A stretch of DNA of 64,000 nt from Chrysemys picta bellii (Eukaryota). Of the stretch, positions 38,738 to 51,175 are shown in pieces. Numbering within the stretch: the first letter of the stretch is position 1; each line of letters opens with the position of its first letter. The stretch covers positions 23,374,001-23,438,000 of the forward strand of contig NC_088791.1 in NCBI RefSeq assembly GCF_011386835.1, in the 5' to 3' direction. A program made the position numbers and the translations under genes. The notes under the pieces were generated by a model that ran no database searches, was not told where the DNA came from, and was given only the letters and a program-made list of their open reading frames with translations.

Positions 38738-39374
38738 ATAGAGTCTTCTGTGCATAAGGTAAAGGAGAAATTGTCAAAACAATTACATCGTCACAGTCCA
38801 GTCTATTTCCCCCATGTGTTCTTAGTCGTTCTCTTTCCAGATGACTTCAAGAAGATTTGATTTCACTGGGAACATTATACCCTGAGTTCTAGTGTACATT
38901 TGGTTCCTGTTATTCTATTACATTGAAGGCTTGGACTCTCTTCCTTTCCTTCCTGCCACTCAACTATCACATCCACAAAGTATACAGGATGCATTTAACT
39001 GGAGCTGAACATTACATTTCATTTCAGCAGTTGTGATGCACACTGAGCTCAGAGCTGATAAAGGATCCAGCTAGCATTCCATAGTGTTTCAACTCAGCCT
39101 CTGTGACAACACTAAGCCCAACATGCAATGTTATGATTGTCATGGACAGTGAGCAGCTAGACTGACATGCTTAGACTATAACGGTCCCAGAGGATGTAAG
39201 GAAACTTGAGGCAGGGAAAGGGCTACTATAGACAACAAGCCTGCTCCATCTATGTTTATCCAACGAGCTATTTTTGCACTCACTCCTCTCATTCTCTGTC
39301 TAAAATGAGCTTCTGATGACCACTCAGCTGACTTATTTGCTTCATTACCTTCACCTGGTAACTCATTTCTACAG

Positions 39375-39702
39375 TATCAGAGGGGTAGCCATGTTAGTCT
39401 GGATCTGTAAAAAGCAATAGAGAGTCCTGTGGCACCTTTAAGACTAATCGATGTATTGGAGCATAAGCTTTCGGGGGTGAATGCCCACTTCGTTGGATGC
39501 ATGTAATGGAAATTTCCAGGGGCAGGTATAAATATGCTGGCAAGAATCAGTCTGGAGATAACGCGGTTAGTTCAATCAGGGAGGGTGAGGTCCTCTACTA
39601 GCAGTTGAAGTGTGAACACCAAGGGAGGAGAAACTGCTTCTGTAGTTGGCTAGCCATTCACAGTCTTTGTTTAATCCTGATCTGATGGTGTCAAATTTGC
39701 AA
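39375..39702 (-). mobile_element. Penelope-like (Neptune-type) element 3' end: GIY-YIG tail + pLTR
   Basis: Minus strand reads CKFDTIRSGLNKDCEWLANY (GLN motif at the end of the PLE endonuclease), followed by a pLTR with a degenerate hammerhead at 39461-39500. Confidence 0.85.
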
Positions 39703-40064
39703 TTTCTATAGGTTCACCAATGGACACATAGTTCTGCCTGCTAGCCCTCAAAATGTGAAGCCTTCTAGGGCTCCATGGACCCAGAAATGCCAGTGCCCTA
39801 GTCAGCAGTGAAATAGATTTTAAAAGGAGAACTCATGTAGTCCTGACTAGAGCTGCTCAAAAGGACCCTTTTTATGACAGTGAAAACTTTCATGAGAAGC
39901 TCTTGGTTTTCCAAAATTTCTCTTTTCTACAAAAAAAGAGAATTTTAGATTTTGACGATTTCCCAGCATATCAATTAATGCAATAGAATAAAAGGTGTCT
40001 GGAGTCCCACTCACGTCCTGCCCCCTCCCCACAAACACATACTGCCAAAAGCAGACCTGTGTAA

Positions 40065-40230
40065 GGGGAAAGATGGTCTTGTGGTTAAGCAACTAGTCTA
40101 GGAAGCAGAAACCAGGCTTTAACTCCCAGCTCTGCTATAAAATCCTTCTGTGGCCTTATGCAACTCACTTGATCTCTCTCTCTCGCTCTGTATTTTGGCT
40201 CCCATCTGTAAAATGGGGATAATAATTAGG
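40065..40230 (+). mobile_element. MIR-like SINE remnant
   Basis: ggtcttgtggttaag...actcccagctctgc...ccatctgtaaaatggggataataa. Confidence 0.65.
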
Positions 40231-40993
40231 GCTAACTTTCAAAGCTCCCTCAATGTAGGAAAGGTAAATTAGCAAAAGGAAACAGAAAACTAACACTGCT
40301 GCTCACACTGTAGCTTTTCTAAAGTGGACATTTTGCGAAGTCAGAGTGACAAAAGAAAAACAGAGTAAATGAAGAGTTGGGGTAGGGGGACTCTGCGTAT
40401 CACTCATTTTATTGCACTGAGTGGCAGAAAGGGGAAAAGTCAGAAACAAAACGTGATGTTTCAAAATGTCTCAAGTATTTTGCAAGAAATTTTAAAGAGT
40501 GAAAATTCTCATATTAAAACCCTGCAAAAGACAAACACCTTCAAAATAGCTGCTGTTTTCAGCTACCTCTTGTACAGCTCTAACTCCTGATTCTCAAGCA
40601 CCAGCCTTCTCCTCACAGAAGCCATGCACTCTGGACTCTCTGCCTTCTGGGCTACCAATGCAGTATTTCCAGCTCTTTTGCCTGACTGGCTTTTTACCCC
40701 GGTCCCCAGTGGATCACAAGTTGCATGAATTTTCTCTTGGGGCTAACATTCTTGCAGCCAATATTCATATTCTTTTCCACTATGAGGAGAACAAACATGC
40801 TTAGCCCTTCTCTCAGCCCTGCCTCCCTCTCTCAGCCCCAAAATCTTTGGATTTAAGTTCCGTTTAGTTAATAAAACTAAACCATTCCAGCCCCTGAAGA
40901 ATATGATGCCACACGTTGCAGTAACAGCCCAGTGTCACTGGCACATGGCCCCTTCAAAGGGTGCTGCCAAGTCCATTCTATGGAACTGCTCAG

Positions 40994-41067
40994 GGCAATG
41001 TGGCCTAATGGATAAGGTATTGGCTTCCTAAGCCAGAGATTGTGGGGGTCAAGTCCCATCTGGGGTG
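40994..41067 (+). pseudogene. tRNA-Arg(CCT) pseudogene / retrocopy
   Basis: GTGGCCTAATGGATAAGGTATTGGCTTCCTAAGCCAGAGATTGTGGGGGTCAAGTCCCATCTGGGGTG closely follows vertebrate tRNA-Arg-CCT from position 7; anticodon CCT at 41027-41029; 5' acceptor strand lost and T-loop mutated. Confidence 0.85.
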
Positions 41068-41087
41068 AGAAGCTCCCTTCTTATTGG

Positions 41088-41295
41088 GGGGAGGAATAGC
41101 TCAGTGGTTTGAGCATGGATCTGCTAAACCCACAATTATGAGTTCAATTGTTAGGGGGGCCATTTAGAGATCTGGGGGGGGGAACCTAACTGTCAGGGAG
41201 AGTACATAGTCCTGCTAGTGAAGGCAGGGGACTGGACTTAATGACCTTTCAAGGTCTTTTCCAGTTCTATGAGATAGGTGTATCTCCATATATAT
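41088..41295 (+). mobile_element. tRNA-derived SINE with CR1-like tail
   Basis: gggaggaatagctcagtggtttgagcat...gagttcaa...ggactggacttaatgacctttcaaggtc...ctatgagatagg. Confidence 0.85.
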
Positions 41296-41763
41296 TTTTT
41301 TATTATTATAATGAGAGCTCAAGTAGCTCTGTAGCTGCTGGTTCCCAGGAGACAGCCCATTTCCCTTAGAGGCACGCATTCTGGTCTGTCTTTAGCACAA
41401 CTTTTAGTGCTCATGTCTGGAAGGATATAATTCAAACACCTGTCCTAACCACAAGATAAGGACCAGATTCTGATCTGATACACTGCTGTAAACTCAGAGT
41501 AACTCCTCTGGTGCTAAAGATGTTTTTATTTCACTTTTTAAAAAAGTAGTTGTCTTGAGTCTTTGGGCCTGCCATACAATATTCCTTGTCAGATGTATAA
41601 TAATGGCTGCTATCCTCAGGCAAGAGGATAAACCTGTACCAATACTCGTATCTGGACAGTCTTCTTTTACACGTTGTCTATGAGTAGTAGGCTATTCCTA
41701 GTAGGAAGACACCAGGGGGAAAGCAAACCCTTGTAACCTTCACCAAATGGCTAATATTATAAC

Positions 41764-42013
41764 TAGGACTCTACCAAATTCATGGTCATGAAAAATGTGT
41801 CATGGACTGTGAAATCTGGGGGCTGTGGGAAGTAATAGCCAGCACATCCCTCGGCCCACGCCGCTTCCCGCAGCCCCCATTGGCCTGGAACGGCAAACCG
41901 CAGCCAATGGGAGCTGCTATCAGCTGAACCTGTGGACACCACAGGTAAACAAACCAGCCCAGCTGCCAGCAGATTTCCCTGACAGGCCGCGTGCCAAAGG
42001 TAGCCGATCCCTG
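41764..42013. mobile_element. Chimeric hAT MITE (ends from two families)
   Basis: Left end matches 61531 family (tagg.c.ctaccaaattca), right end matches the gccgatccctg family; no TSD. Confidence 0.75.
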
Positions 42014-42806
42014 CACTAAACTGAATAGTCATTATGAGATATGTATACAGATTATGGTTATGAGGGTCTGAGTGTTTGTATAGAACACTGTAATTTTCCT
42101 TTGTTCAGAGATTCAGTTTGTAGCAAGGTTTCTCCAGAGGTAAGAAGCAGGATTGAAGACAAAATGGAGGGGTTTCCAGAGCCTTTTATATTCTTTCTCT
42201 TGTGGACGGAAACCCTTGGTTCTCCTGTGCAAAATCACAGCAACAAGATGGCATTTGGAGTTACATGGGCAAGTCACATGTCCATGCATGATTCAGTTCT
42301 TTACAGGCCGATGCCATTGTTTACATGTTAGTTTGAATGTTCCCAGGAAAGCTCAGATGTGGATTGGCGTCTCCCAAAGTTCATTGTCAATAAAGTGTTT
42401 TTTGATTGGGCACTTTCTGAGAATAGTCCTTTCTCAAGAAGCTGACCAAATGCTTCACTGAGACTACTTAGAATCAAAACACATTGAGATACAAGTACAT
42501 AGCCAATATTCATAACTTCAACTACAAAAATTACACACATACAGATAGCATAATCATAACTAGCAAATCATAATCTTTTTATAGACACCTCACACGACAA
42601 CCTTTGTACAATATTTGCTGCAGATATATAACAGTGGTTGCAACAATGATCTATACAATCACAGTTTATGTCAATAACAACACACCCCAATACTATAAAA
42701 TGAACTTGAAAATGTTTCATACTAGAGCATTTTTCCCCACATCTAGTAGGGTTGCACAGGGATTGCATAAACCAGGGCCAAATACACTTGCTTACATCGG
42801 GTATGA

Positions 42807-43138
42807 CAGTGCTTCTCAATGCCGGTCCGCCACTTGTGCAGAGAAAGCCCCTGTCAGTCCGGTCCAGTTTGTTTACCTGCCACGTCGGCAGGTTTGGCCA
42901 ATGGCGGCTCCCACTGGCCGCGGTTCACCACTTCAGGGCAATGGGGGCTGCGGGAAGGGCAGCCAGCACATCCCTCGGCCTCCGCCACTTCCCGCAGCCC
43001 CCATTGGCCTGGAGCGGCAAACTGCAGCCAGTGGGAGCCGCGATCGGCCGAACCTGCCAACGCGGCAGGTAAACAAACCAGCCTGGACCGCCAGGGGCTT
43101 TCCATGCACAAGCGGCGACCCAACTTTGGGAAGCACTG
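42807..43138. mobile_element. hAT MITE
   Basis: TIRs cagtgcttctcaa / ttgggaagcactg, TSD GGGTATGA/AGGTATGA; interior shared with 27194 and 53603. Confidence 0.9.
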
Positions 43139-43298
43139 AGGTATGAAACTCTTCTGCAGCATTGGAAAACAATGAGTGCTTACACCAGGAATAGATACAG
43201 ACCTATAAAAGTACATGCTTCACATTTCCTTCAGACAGCAGAGAGACTGAGAAATCTTTTTATCCAATAATTTAAAATAGAACAGAGAAAGTTTGCTT

Positions 43299-44067
43299 TG
43301 CCCTACAGGGGTCACCTTACCTCTCCAAAATCAGGTACACAGCTCGTGCATCAGTGTCCCTCCAGCACCTGTTTCCTTTCTCTGGATGGAGTCTGCCCCA
43401 ATTTGGAAGGGAGATTTAGCCTTCCAAGCAAATCAGAACTCCCCCCACCCCGCTACAGGGGTAAACAGACATTCAAACACAAGACACAAATCAAACCTCC
43501 TACCCTTCACTGTTGGTGTTGCCCACTGCCCTCTCTCTAGGGACTCCAAATAGCCCTTCACATCTTGCATCAAGGACACGCATTCACCCCCTCACAGCTG
43601 CAGTGTACAGAGCCCAACCGCCCTCTGTACTATGGGCTCCAGCCCCAACACTCTAATGAAATAGCCATATGCTCTAGCCTCAGCCACCTGCTTCTCTACT
43701 CCCACAGGGCTACTTCTGAGCCTAGTCAGCTAATCTACCTCTGAGGCCTTCATCATGGCCCTTCTACAGACTTCTTCAGCTTCTCCCTCCTAGGCCTTCC
43801 TCATAGTCTCCATTCCCAGCTGCCTCTACAAACAACCATGCCAGACGTAGCCTAGCCCCTGGAAAGCCACCCCTACTCTTCATCACCCTTCTTTCCTGGC
43901 TTTCCATTGAAGAAATCCACGCAGACCCTTCTTGCTCTCTGCATGAGCAGAAGGGAGTCTGGTATATTCTTGCTATCACGCAGTCCCCCTCAGTCACCTG
44001 ATCTAGGAGGACACACAAGAAGGGCTGGGACTGAGCTTCCCTTAAAGGCCCAGCTCATCCTGTGACA
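43299..44067. mobile_element. LTR-like element
   Basis: TG...cctgtgaCA with partly inverted ends (tgccctacagg / cctgtgaca); no TSD found. Confidence 0.35.
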
Positions 44068-44158
44068 GGCCCAGGTTCAGCCCTGATGTAAAGTAGGTTC
44101 AGCTCCATTGATTTTGCACATGGGCATTCGGACACAGTAGAACTGCACCTGGTAAAAT

Positions 44159-44690
44159 TAGGGTTGCCACCTGTGAGGTACAAAAAAAAAAAAGACCTTT
44201 AAGATGCAGAGCCAGAGCTGCCAGTGCATTGTATTGGAGGACAGTGGGGGGTGAACTGAGGTCTAGTTGGTAAACACAGAGCTCGGGCCTCTCCTGTGTC
44301 GTCTCCCCTCTCTCTTGATAAATCAGGCTCCTTCACCCCCTATTGGATTGGCCAAGCTCCATTCGCTGGTGGGAGGCACTGTGGTCATGCTGAGGGGGTG
44401 GGCAGGACACAGGCAGCTGCTGCTAGGAGATGGGGGAGCAAGGTGGTGGGGCTGGGCCAAGGACCAAGGGGAGGGACGGCAGCTGTATTGCGGGGCTACC
44501 CAGGGCACAGGCTGGCAAGGCTGGAATGTGACCCTTCCTCCATCATCGTGGTCCCCCATCAAGAGTTTGATCAAATTTGCATTGAGTGGTATATTGTTAC
44601 GTAACTGACAAAAACCAGGACTTTTGAGGTTTTTGAGACTTACAGATTTCTCAGGACAGCTATCTCAAAAAAGGGATGATCCTGGGAAAA
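44159..44690. mobile_element. Degenerate hAT-like MITE
   Basis: Left TIR tagggttgcca, GC-rich interior; right end unclear. Confidence 0.4.
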
Positions 44691-45432
44691 GCTGACCCCA
44701 AGGCGGAATTTGACCCATAGTGAGTTGACATGCTTCAGAATAAGTGGGTTGTGTGCATATCAAGAGTATTTGATCTAGCATACTCGCACCTATTATTCTT
44801 TAAGGACAGGATCAAGCTCAAGAAACCAATAGCAACTGAATGACCATTTTTCTCTAACTCTACCTTTCATTTCTGAACCAACCACAATTTCACTCAGTGG
44901 GATGAGACACTTGATTTGTAGAGTAAAAAGGAGGCTGAGTCATGGGAAAACAGTTGTGTACTGAAATATCCAAAACCACATTTACAAGATGAATAGCTCT
45001 TGGTTAGAGCTGCTTTGCACTGAAGTTCTGTTTCCTAAATGCTCTCTTTCCACATTTTAAATTGATCTTTATTTCTAAATCAAAGTGTTTGGGGGTTTTC
45101 AGTGACTTCAGGTAATGCTGACATCTGCACTAGAATAGAGGCTCTGTAAACATAAGATTTTAAGGATGCTAGGCTGAAACCTTTAACCTCTCTCACAAGG
45201 GAAATGCTGCTGCTTGCTTCATCAAGGAAAGAGTGACTTAATTAGATAGAATGGGCTTCTTTGAAGTGCTAAAATAACCTATTATCAAAGTAAGAACAAG
45301 TTGTTAACAAAGATACATTTTGTCCCTCACTTTTACCAACAAATGTATGTATTTTCTTCTTCCATGAGAGCTGTTCAGTGTTTTGAAAGAACATGTTCTT
45401 ACCTTTACCCTTCTGTCAATGTCAACCTTTAA

Positions 45433-45556
45433 TAGGGTGACCAGATGTCCCGATATTATAGGGACAGTCCCAATATTTGGGGCTTTTTCTCATATAGGTG
45501 CCTATTACCCCCCACCCACTGTCCCGATTTTTCACCCTTGCTATCTGGTCACCCTA
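45433..45556. mobile_element. Short hAT MITE
   Basis: TIRs tagggtgaccag / ctggtcacccta, TSD ACCTTTAA. Confidence 0.92.
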
Positions 45557-47010
45557 ACCTTTAAGATTATGGAAGCATACCAATAGCTGTTTTCTGTGGT
45601 GCAGAAAGTCTGTTAATGCTACATAAACTAAATATGAATTTAAATGTGACTTCATTGAAGGCAGGACCAGGTTCCAAGAGCTATATCCTCAACTGGTGTA
45701 AACGAGTGTAGCACCATTGAAGTCATCAAAGCTACGCCAATTTACACCAGCTTGGGATTTGGCCCCAAGTCTTCAAAATAACAATGTGTCAGCCTTCGCA
45801 CTTTGGCCCTTCACCCTACCCTAAGCATAATCAGTTCCTGTCCCATCGTTTTCATACCATATGCACCTAGGGATTTTGTGGAGGGTGATGAGGTGTTTCT
45901 TTGGGAATCAGTGCACACTTAAATGACTGAAGTATGTGGGTGGAAAGAACTTTAGGACACCACCCCAGATTCCTGCTGCAGAAGTAGAGCCCATCTTTCA
46001 ATCCTAGCGATCAGTTTATATTTGTTCATGTATCCAAGGTTCTCTGCAAGGAAAAATGTTAAAAACATGATGAAAGCTGGGGATTTCCTTTGCATTAGTG
46101 GCTCCCCTTGATCAAGGGGACCCAAAGGCCAGCTTTGTGGACAGTAACTTTATAGATGCAGAGAGGTCACATGAAGGACCCCAGTCTATATTCCCAATCA
46201 GAGTTTCTAAACAGAAACAATTCGCAATCTAGAGAATGGGCTAATCAAAACCCCTATAAAATCCCTGCCACAGCGACATGCCTGTAGTTGGCTAAACAAT
46301 GTAACGCTGTAATTCTCATATGATTATCACACACATTTGGGGCAGGGGCGGAAATCAGCGTGTGGTCATTTCAGTCTCCTCTGTGCTCCCTTTGCTGAGT
46401 CTGCCTCTGCACTCTGTGCTGGCTAACAGTCGAGGTTTAAGTTGTGGAATTCCACAGGCATTTAGGTAATCATTATGTTTGTTTAATTTGAAAAGATATT
46501 TACTCAACTATCTGTAGATCTAGACCCTACAGCATTTAGTGTTCAATAAGTTAAAATTCCCAGTGTCACCCATAGGTAAAGACTGAGGGCCAGAGTTGCT
46601 ACCTTGAAATCAGTGGGACAGCACTCCCGGAATAAGGCACTACTCCATGTAAGGGTGAAAGAACTGACCCTTAGTAAGGACTTCGCATATATCCAAATGT
46701 GCAAGATCACTTTCAAAGGAGTTAGAGCAGATGACCTGGCACTGATCTGATTACAAGGGCTCCAGTATTTATGAAGGGAACCTATTACTTTAAATGATAC
46801 ATTATTGGTGGTACTGTGGTGCCTTTGAGTGCACCAGATATTTTTCCCTTTATCTTCTACTCATTGAAAGGATGATATTTTTTTAACCAATGATTTTCTA
46901 TACTGGTTTATTGCTTTAACACATTGCTTAAAATCAGGTGGCAGCTTTTTGCAGCAGTGGTGCTGCTTTATACTGCTGAATACCCCCCTGACACTGCCAT
47001 CTATACGATT

Positions 47011-47170
47011 AACAGCTGTTAGTGCTATGTAAACAGTGACAAGAAATGCAAACAATAAACTATAAACCCAGGCAGAAGTCCCACCGGTGTCATTGCTGCA
47101 CTTACTATTGGACTTATCACCAGCATGACCGTTAGACTGTGGCATTTTTCTGTCATTTCAAAAGGTGAGA
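47011..47170 (+). promoter_or_regulatory. Candidate TATA promoter and first exon
   Basis: AACAGCTGTT (47011), TGTAAACA (47028), AACAAT (47051), TATAAA (47061), agcATGa (47125), AAG|GTGAGA donor after 47164. Confidence 0.3.
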
Positions 47171-47239
47171 CACACATTTTCCCACAGGTTACTCTCATCT
47201 TGGAAACATCTGGTCTGATCCTAATAATAACACATAATT

Positions 47240-47490
47240 CCCATACAGCACTTTTCATCAGCAGATCTAAAAGCACTTCACAATCTTTAATATATTTAGC
47301 TTCACAACACTTCTGTGAGGTAGGCAGATGCAACCCCATTATCCCCATTTTACAGGTGGCAGACTGATGCAGAGAAAGGGTAAGTGACGTGCCCAAGGTC
47401 ACTCAGGAAGTTTGTGGCAAAATAAGAAACTGAACCCAGGTTTCCTGGGCCTTAGACTAGTGCCCTATCCTTTGGACCGTCCTTCCTCCA
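47240..47490 (-). mobile_element. MIR-like SINE remnant
   Basis: attatccccattttacag...aagtgacgtgcccaaggtcactcag...gaacccaggtttcct. Confidence 0.7.
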
Positions 47491-49069
47491 TATTGAAGTC
47501 AACAGCACCAACATCATTAACTTTGGTGGGAGCAGGATTAAGCCAGCCGAGGATCTGATGCAATGATTTATAATATTTCCTTTTTATGCTAAATTTATGA
47601 CAGCATGAAGAGTGCTATGAAAGTTCAAAGACAGATCCAATTAACCCTTGGAGTAAGAGGTCATAACTCCCATTGATTTCACTGGGAGCTACATCTGCTT
47701 ATGGTAGGCCTCTGTTTGGTCCAAACAGTGTACACATTTCCAGATTATCCCATTGCAGAGCTAATATATCCAATAGCGCCACAGTTTTCATTAAAATGTA
47801 TTTTGGTTGATGTAGATCATTGCTCATCAGAATGAGGGACTGATCTGAGTAGGAGTGTTTAGAGAGAAGACAGGCTCATTAAGAGAGAGGAGTAGGGGAA
47901 TAGGAGGTTCTGTATTTGCAAGAATACAAAGTTGTGATGGAGGTGGAGCTGCTGTGTACTAATGTATGAATAGGTGGTTATTGGAATAGTTCCTGTGTGA
48001 TGAGACTGGTTTAAATACTGGGATCATTAATGTATGACTATTCTGGGTTAAGTCAATAGGACTTGAGGGGAAATAAGCAGAAGAATGAAACAATGACTCT
48101 GCATAGGACAGCCCCATCAGCAAACACTTGAGGGTTGTTACAGGACAATGTTGACCTCCCAGTGAGACAATCAGACTGGTTTTGGACAGCAGGGCCAAAA
48201 AGCCTGGGGAACTCAGAGGACAAGGGAACTCAGACTACATAAAAGTAACTCTTTCTCCAATGTCAGAGAGGTGCTGCTGAGAAGCTTTGCAGACACACAG
48301 ACACGCACTGGTGTGTCTGAAGAAGTTAGGCCTTCCTAGGCTTCCATCGGGAAGCCTGTAGGAAAGATAGACGCATATACAGGCCATTCACTGTTATGAA
48401 ATCCTTTTTTTCTTTTATGTTATACTTTATTCCTACTGTGAAGATGAAACAATGCTTTGGTTTTAGGAAGGCTGTCTGGCCACTGGTCACAGACTCACAG
48501 GCATCAAACCTAGCCAGACCTGCTGAGGTAGCCACAGTTGATTCACAAGGTGCTGTAACCCAGGGCCAGGTCTAAGAGTCAGAGAACCTCATGATTCTAA
48601 GAAGAGAGGGAAGGCATGAGATCTGTCACTTGAGGGGGTGCCCTCAGAGACCAGAGAGGGGAAAGAGGTGCAGCTAACCCTGTAACCCTAACACAGATTG
48701 TTTTTATTTTTTTCCATAGCCTGGAAATCTACTTTGGATACATCTAGGGCCTGATCCAAAGCCCACTGAAACCCTATAATTGCGATCAGGCATTTCTGCC
48801 CAGTTAATGACAGCATACTAATCAGATTTCATTTGCTTCCAAATAAAAAGGAGGGCTCCTGGATAAACAAAGCCTTCTGAGAATTAGTTGGTGCTCAGTC
48901 TCATTTTAAAATTCATTCCCTTGGAAAACACAGTTTTAATGTCACAGCCAATACATTTTTGCCCCATGACGCAGTATATATTTTGCAGAATGAAGACTAA
49001 CAGCAAGAGCTTAGTAAATCATGAGCATAACAGCATAACAATTTGTTCTTGGCAGGATCTGACCAACAC

Positions 49070-49148
49070 TTAGTCCTGCCATGAGCGCAAGAGACTGGAC
49101 TAGATGACCTCTCAAGGTCCTTTCCATTCCTACGAGTCTATGATTCTT
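49070..49148 (+). mobile_element. CR1/SINE 3' tail
   Basis: ggactagatgacctctcaaggtcctttcca...ctatgattct. Confidence 0.75.
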
Positions 49149-50145
49149 TGTCCCAGTGCTCAATGATACCCTGTAGATTCATGTTTTTATAAAGAAAAAA
49201 AAAATGCAGCATCCAACAGGGAAAGAGATTATTGCCAGCTAGAGTGCTCCCCCTTCACTTGGATTGCTTCATTACTCAGGTAAACTGAGCTACCCTGTCG
49301 CCCCAATGAAGCCAAACTGCTACGGCTGCCTGCCCCAACAGTTGCCCTGAGAGTCCCTTTGACGTGTATGTCCTCCTTGTGGAGGGATAGCTCCATGCAA
49401 CCTGTAATACAGCTTCATGTGGTGTTGCCTTCCCAAGAAGAAGTTTATGATGCACATTCTTGACTTCCAGCAGCCCAGCACTCACCCTGTCCCATTTCTC
49501 CTCCAAGCCTGCCCCTTTCCCCATGCAGATCAGTGGACCTGCAGAGGGCCCTGCATAGCATTCAGGAGGAAAGACTTAGATCCATACTTAGAGGGGGCAT
49601 GGAAGGGCTGTGAGTGTGTAGCTCTGAATTTAATCCTATGTGTCCACATTGCTGGACACTTTAAATTATAAGCAAATATGTTCAACAGACAGAAAGCTGA
49701 TCTGATTCCTTAATGACTTCTGCACAGCACCAGACACTCTTTCAGTGCTGCTCTGACAAGTAACTTGGAGTCTGATACACCACTTGGGAAAAATGTGCTA
49801 TATGGAAATCAGTATTAGAATTGTGAGCTACCACTTTAAATGCTCAGGGGATTTTCCTGGCCCTACTTGAAAGCTATGGGGCTCTACCGGGTAAGGTGTG
49901 AGATGGGCCTAGCAGAGTCAGTCCCACAGAGAACCAGTCTAGAGCCAGGTGGGAAGAGTTATGCCTCTTTCTGTTTCCAGGAGCAGCCTGTTTTGTCTTT
50001 CTGTTTTGCATTCTTGTGTGATCATTCTGAATTCTACAAAATAAAGTACTGTTACAAATACTCTTGCTGAAAAGTTGCAGTGTATGTTGTTATCTATATT
50101 CTCCATCTGTATGCCATGACCATAACAGAAAACACCACAAAAACT

Positions 50146-50269
50146 GTCAGAGGGGTAGCCGTGTTAGTCTGAATCTGTAAAAAGCAACAGAGGGTCCTGT
50201 GGCACCTTTAAGACTAACGCTTTCGTGGGTGAATGCCCACTTCATCAGACCCACGAAAGCTTATGCTCC
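50146..50269 (-). mobile_element. Penelope pLTR fragment with intact hammerhead core but deleted cleavage site
   Basis: Minus strand CTGATGA-A-GTGGG-CATTCA-CCCAC-GAAA-GC then jumps to GTTAGTC; short inverted piece cccacgaaagcttatgctcc at 50250-50269. Confidence 0.85.
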
Positions 50270-51175
50270 TACATGAAAACTACTTTTTTGAAAAACCTAA
50301 TCAATATTTATTTCTAAAAGTTAAGAATTTATTATTATTTTCTAAGTATTTTATGGGTTTAGGAGATTTTTCTGGTTGGAGTAGATAAATTCCTTCCCCA
50401 CCCATGTTTCAGCTATACAGGAGAACAAAACAAGCAAATTGTTTTTGTTTTTTAATTTTCTTCCTGAGAACACTCTGCTTGGTGTGGTGTCATGATCTTC
50501 CCAATCCTAAATTAAACTCCACAGAAAAACAGTACCTCCTGCTGCAGGAAATTCAGCTTCGTGTACAAAATTGAATCAGTTTATAACCTACACACACATG
50601 GGAGAGCAATATTAAGGAACAGAGCCTACACAGCCCCTTCCCTTCCAGAGAGGGATACTTGGAAGCCTAGAGAAATATACAGGTTTATAGAAGTATTTAG
50701 AAGAGAGGAATGAAGTTAACTACATAAGCTAGAATCACTATAGCACAAAATGAAGGATTTACATGGAGGACCTGATTCTATTCAAAGTCAAAGCAACAGA
50801 TTTGCAATTGATTTCAGTTGGCTCAGAACTGGCCCTGGAGTTTGACAATAAAAGCAACGTGGGTTGGATATTTCAATGAGCAGCCCATCTAATAAACATC
50901 AAGCTTCACAATATGAACCCCAAGACTGACTCTTTGTTCAAATTGCGGCACTTTGCCCTCTACTTGATATGCTGGATATTGATTGGAGGTTGATGGATTT
51001 CCACTCCATACGGCTAAATGCAGTGCATTGATTGGAGGGTTACTTTTTATAGACATCTTCCAATAGCTAGGGGAATGATATTAGGGGTAAAATTCCAGCT
51101 AGGCTGCAATTGGAGATTGTTAACCTTGGTGCTTACTCTAGCTCCAGTGTGAAGAATACCTGATATGACCTTAAG

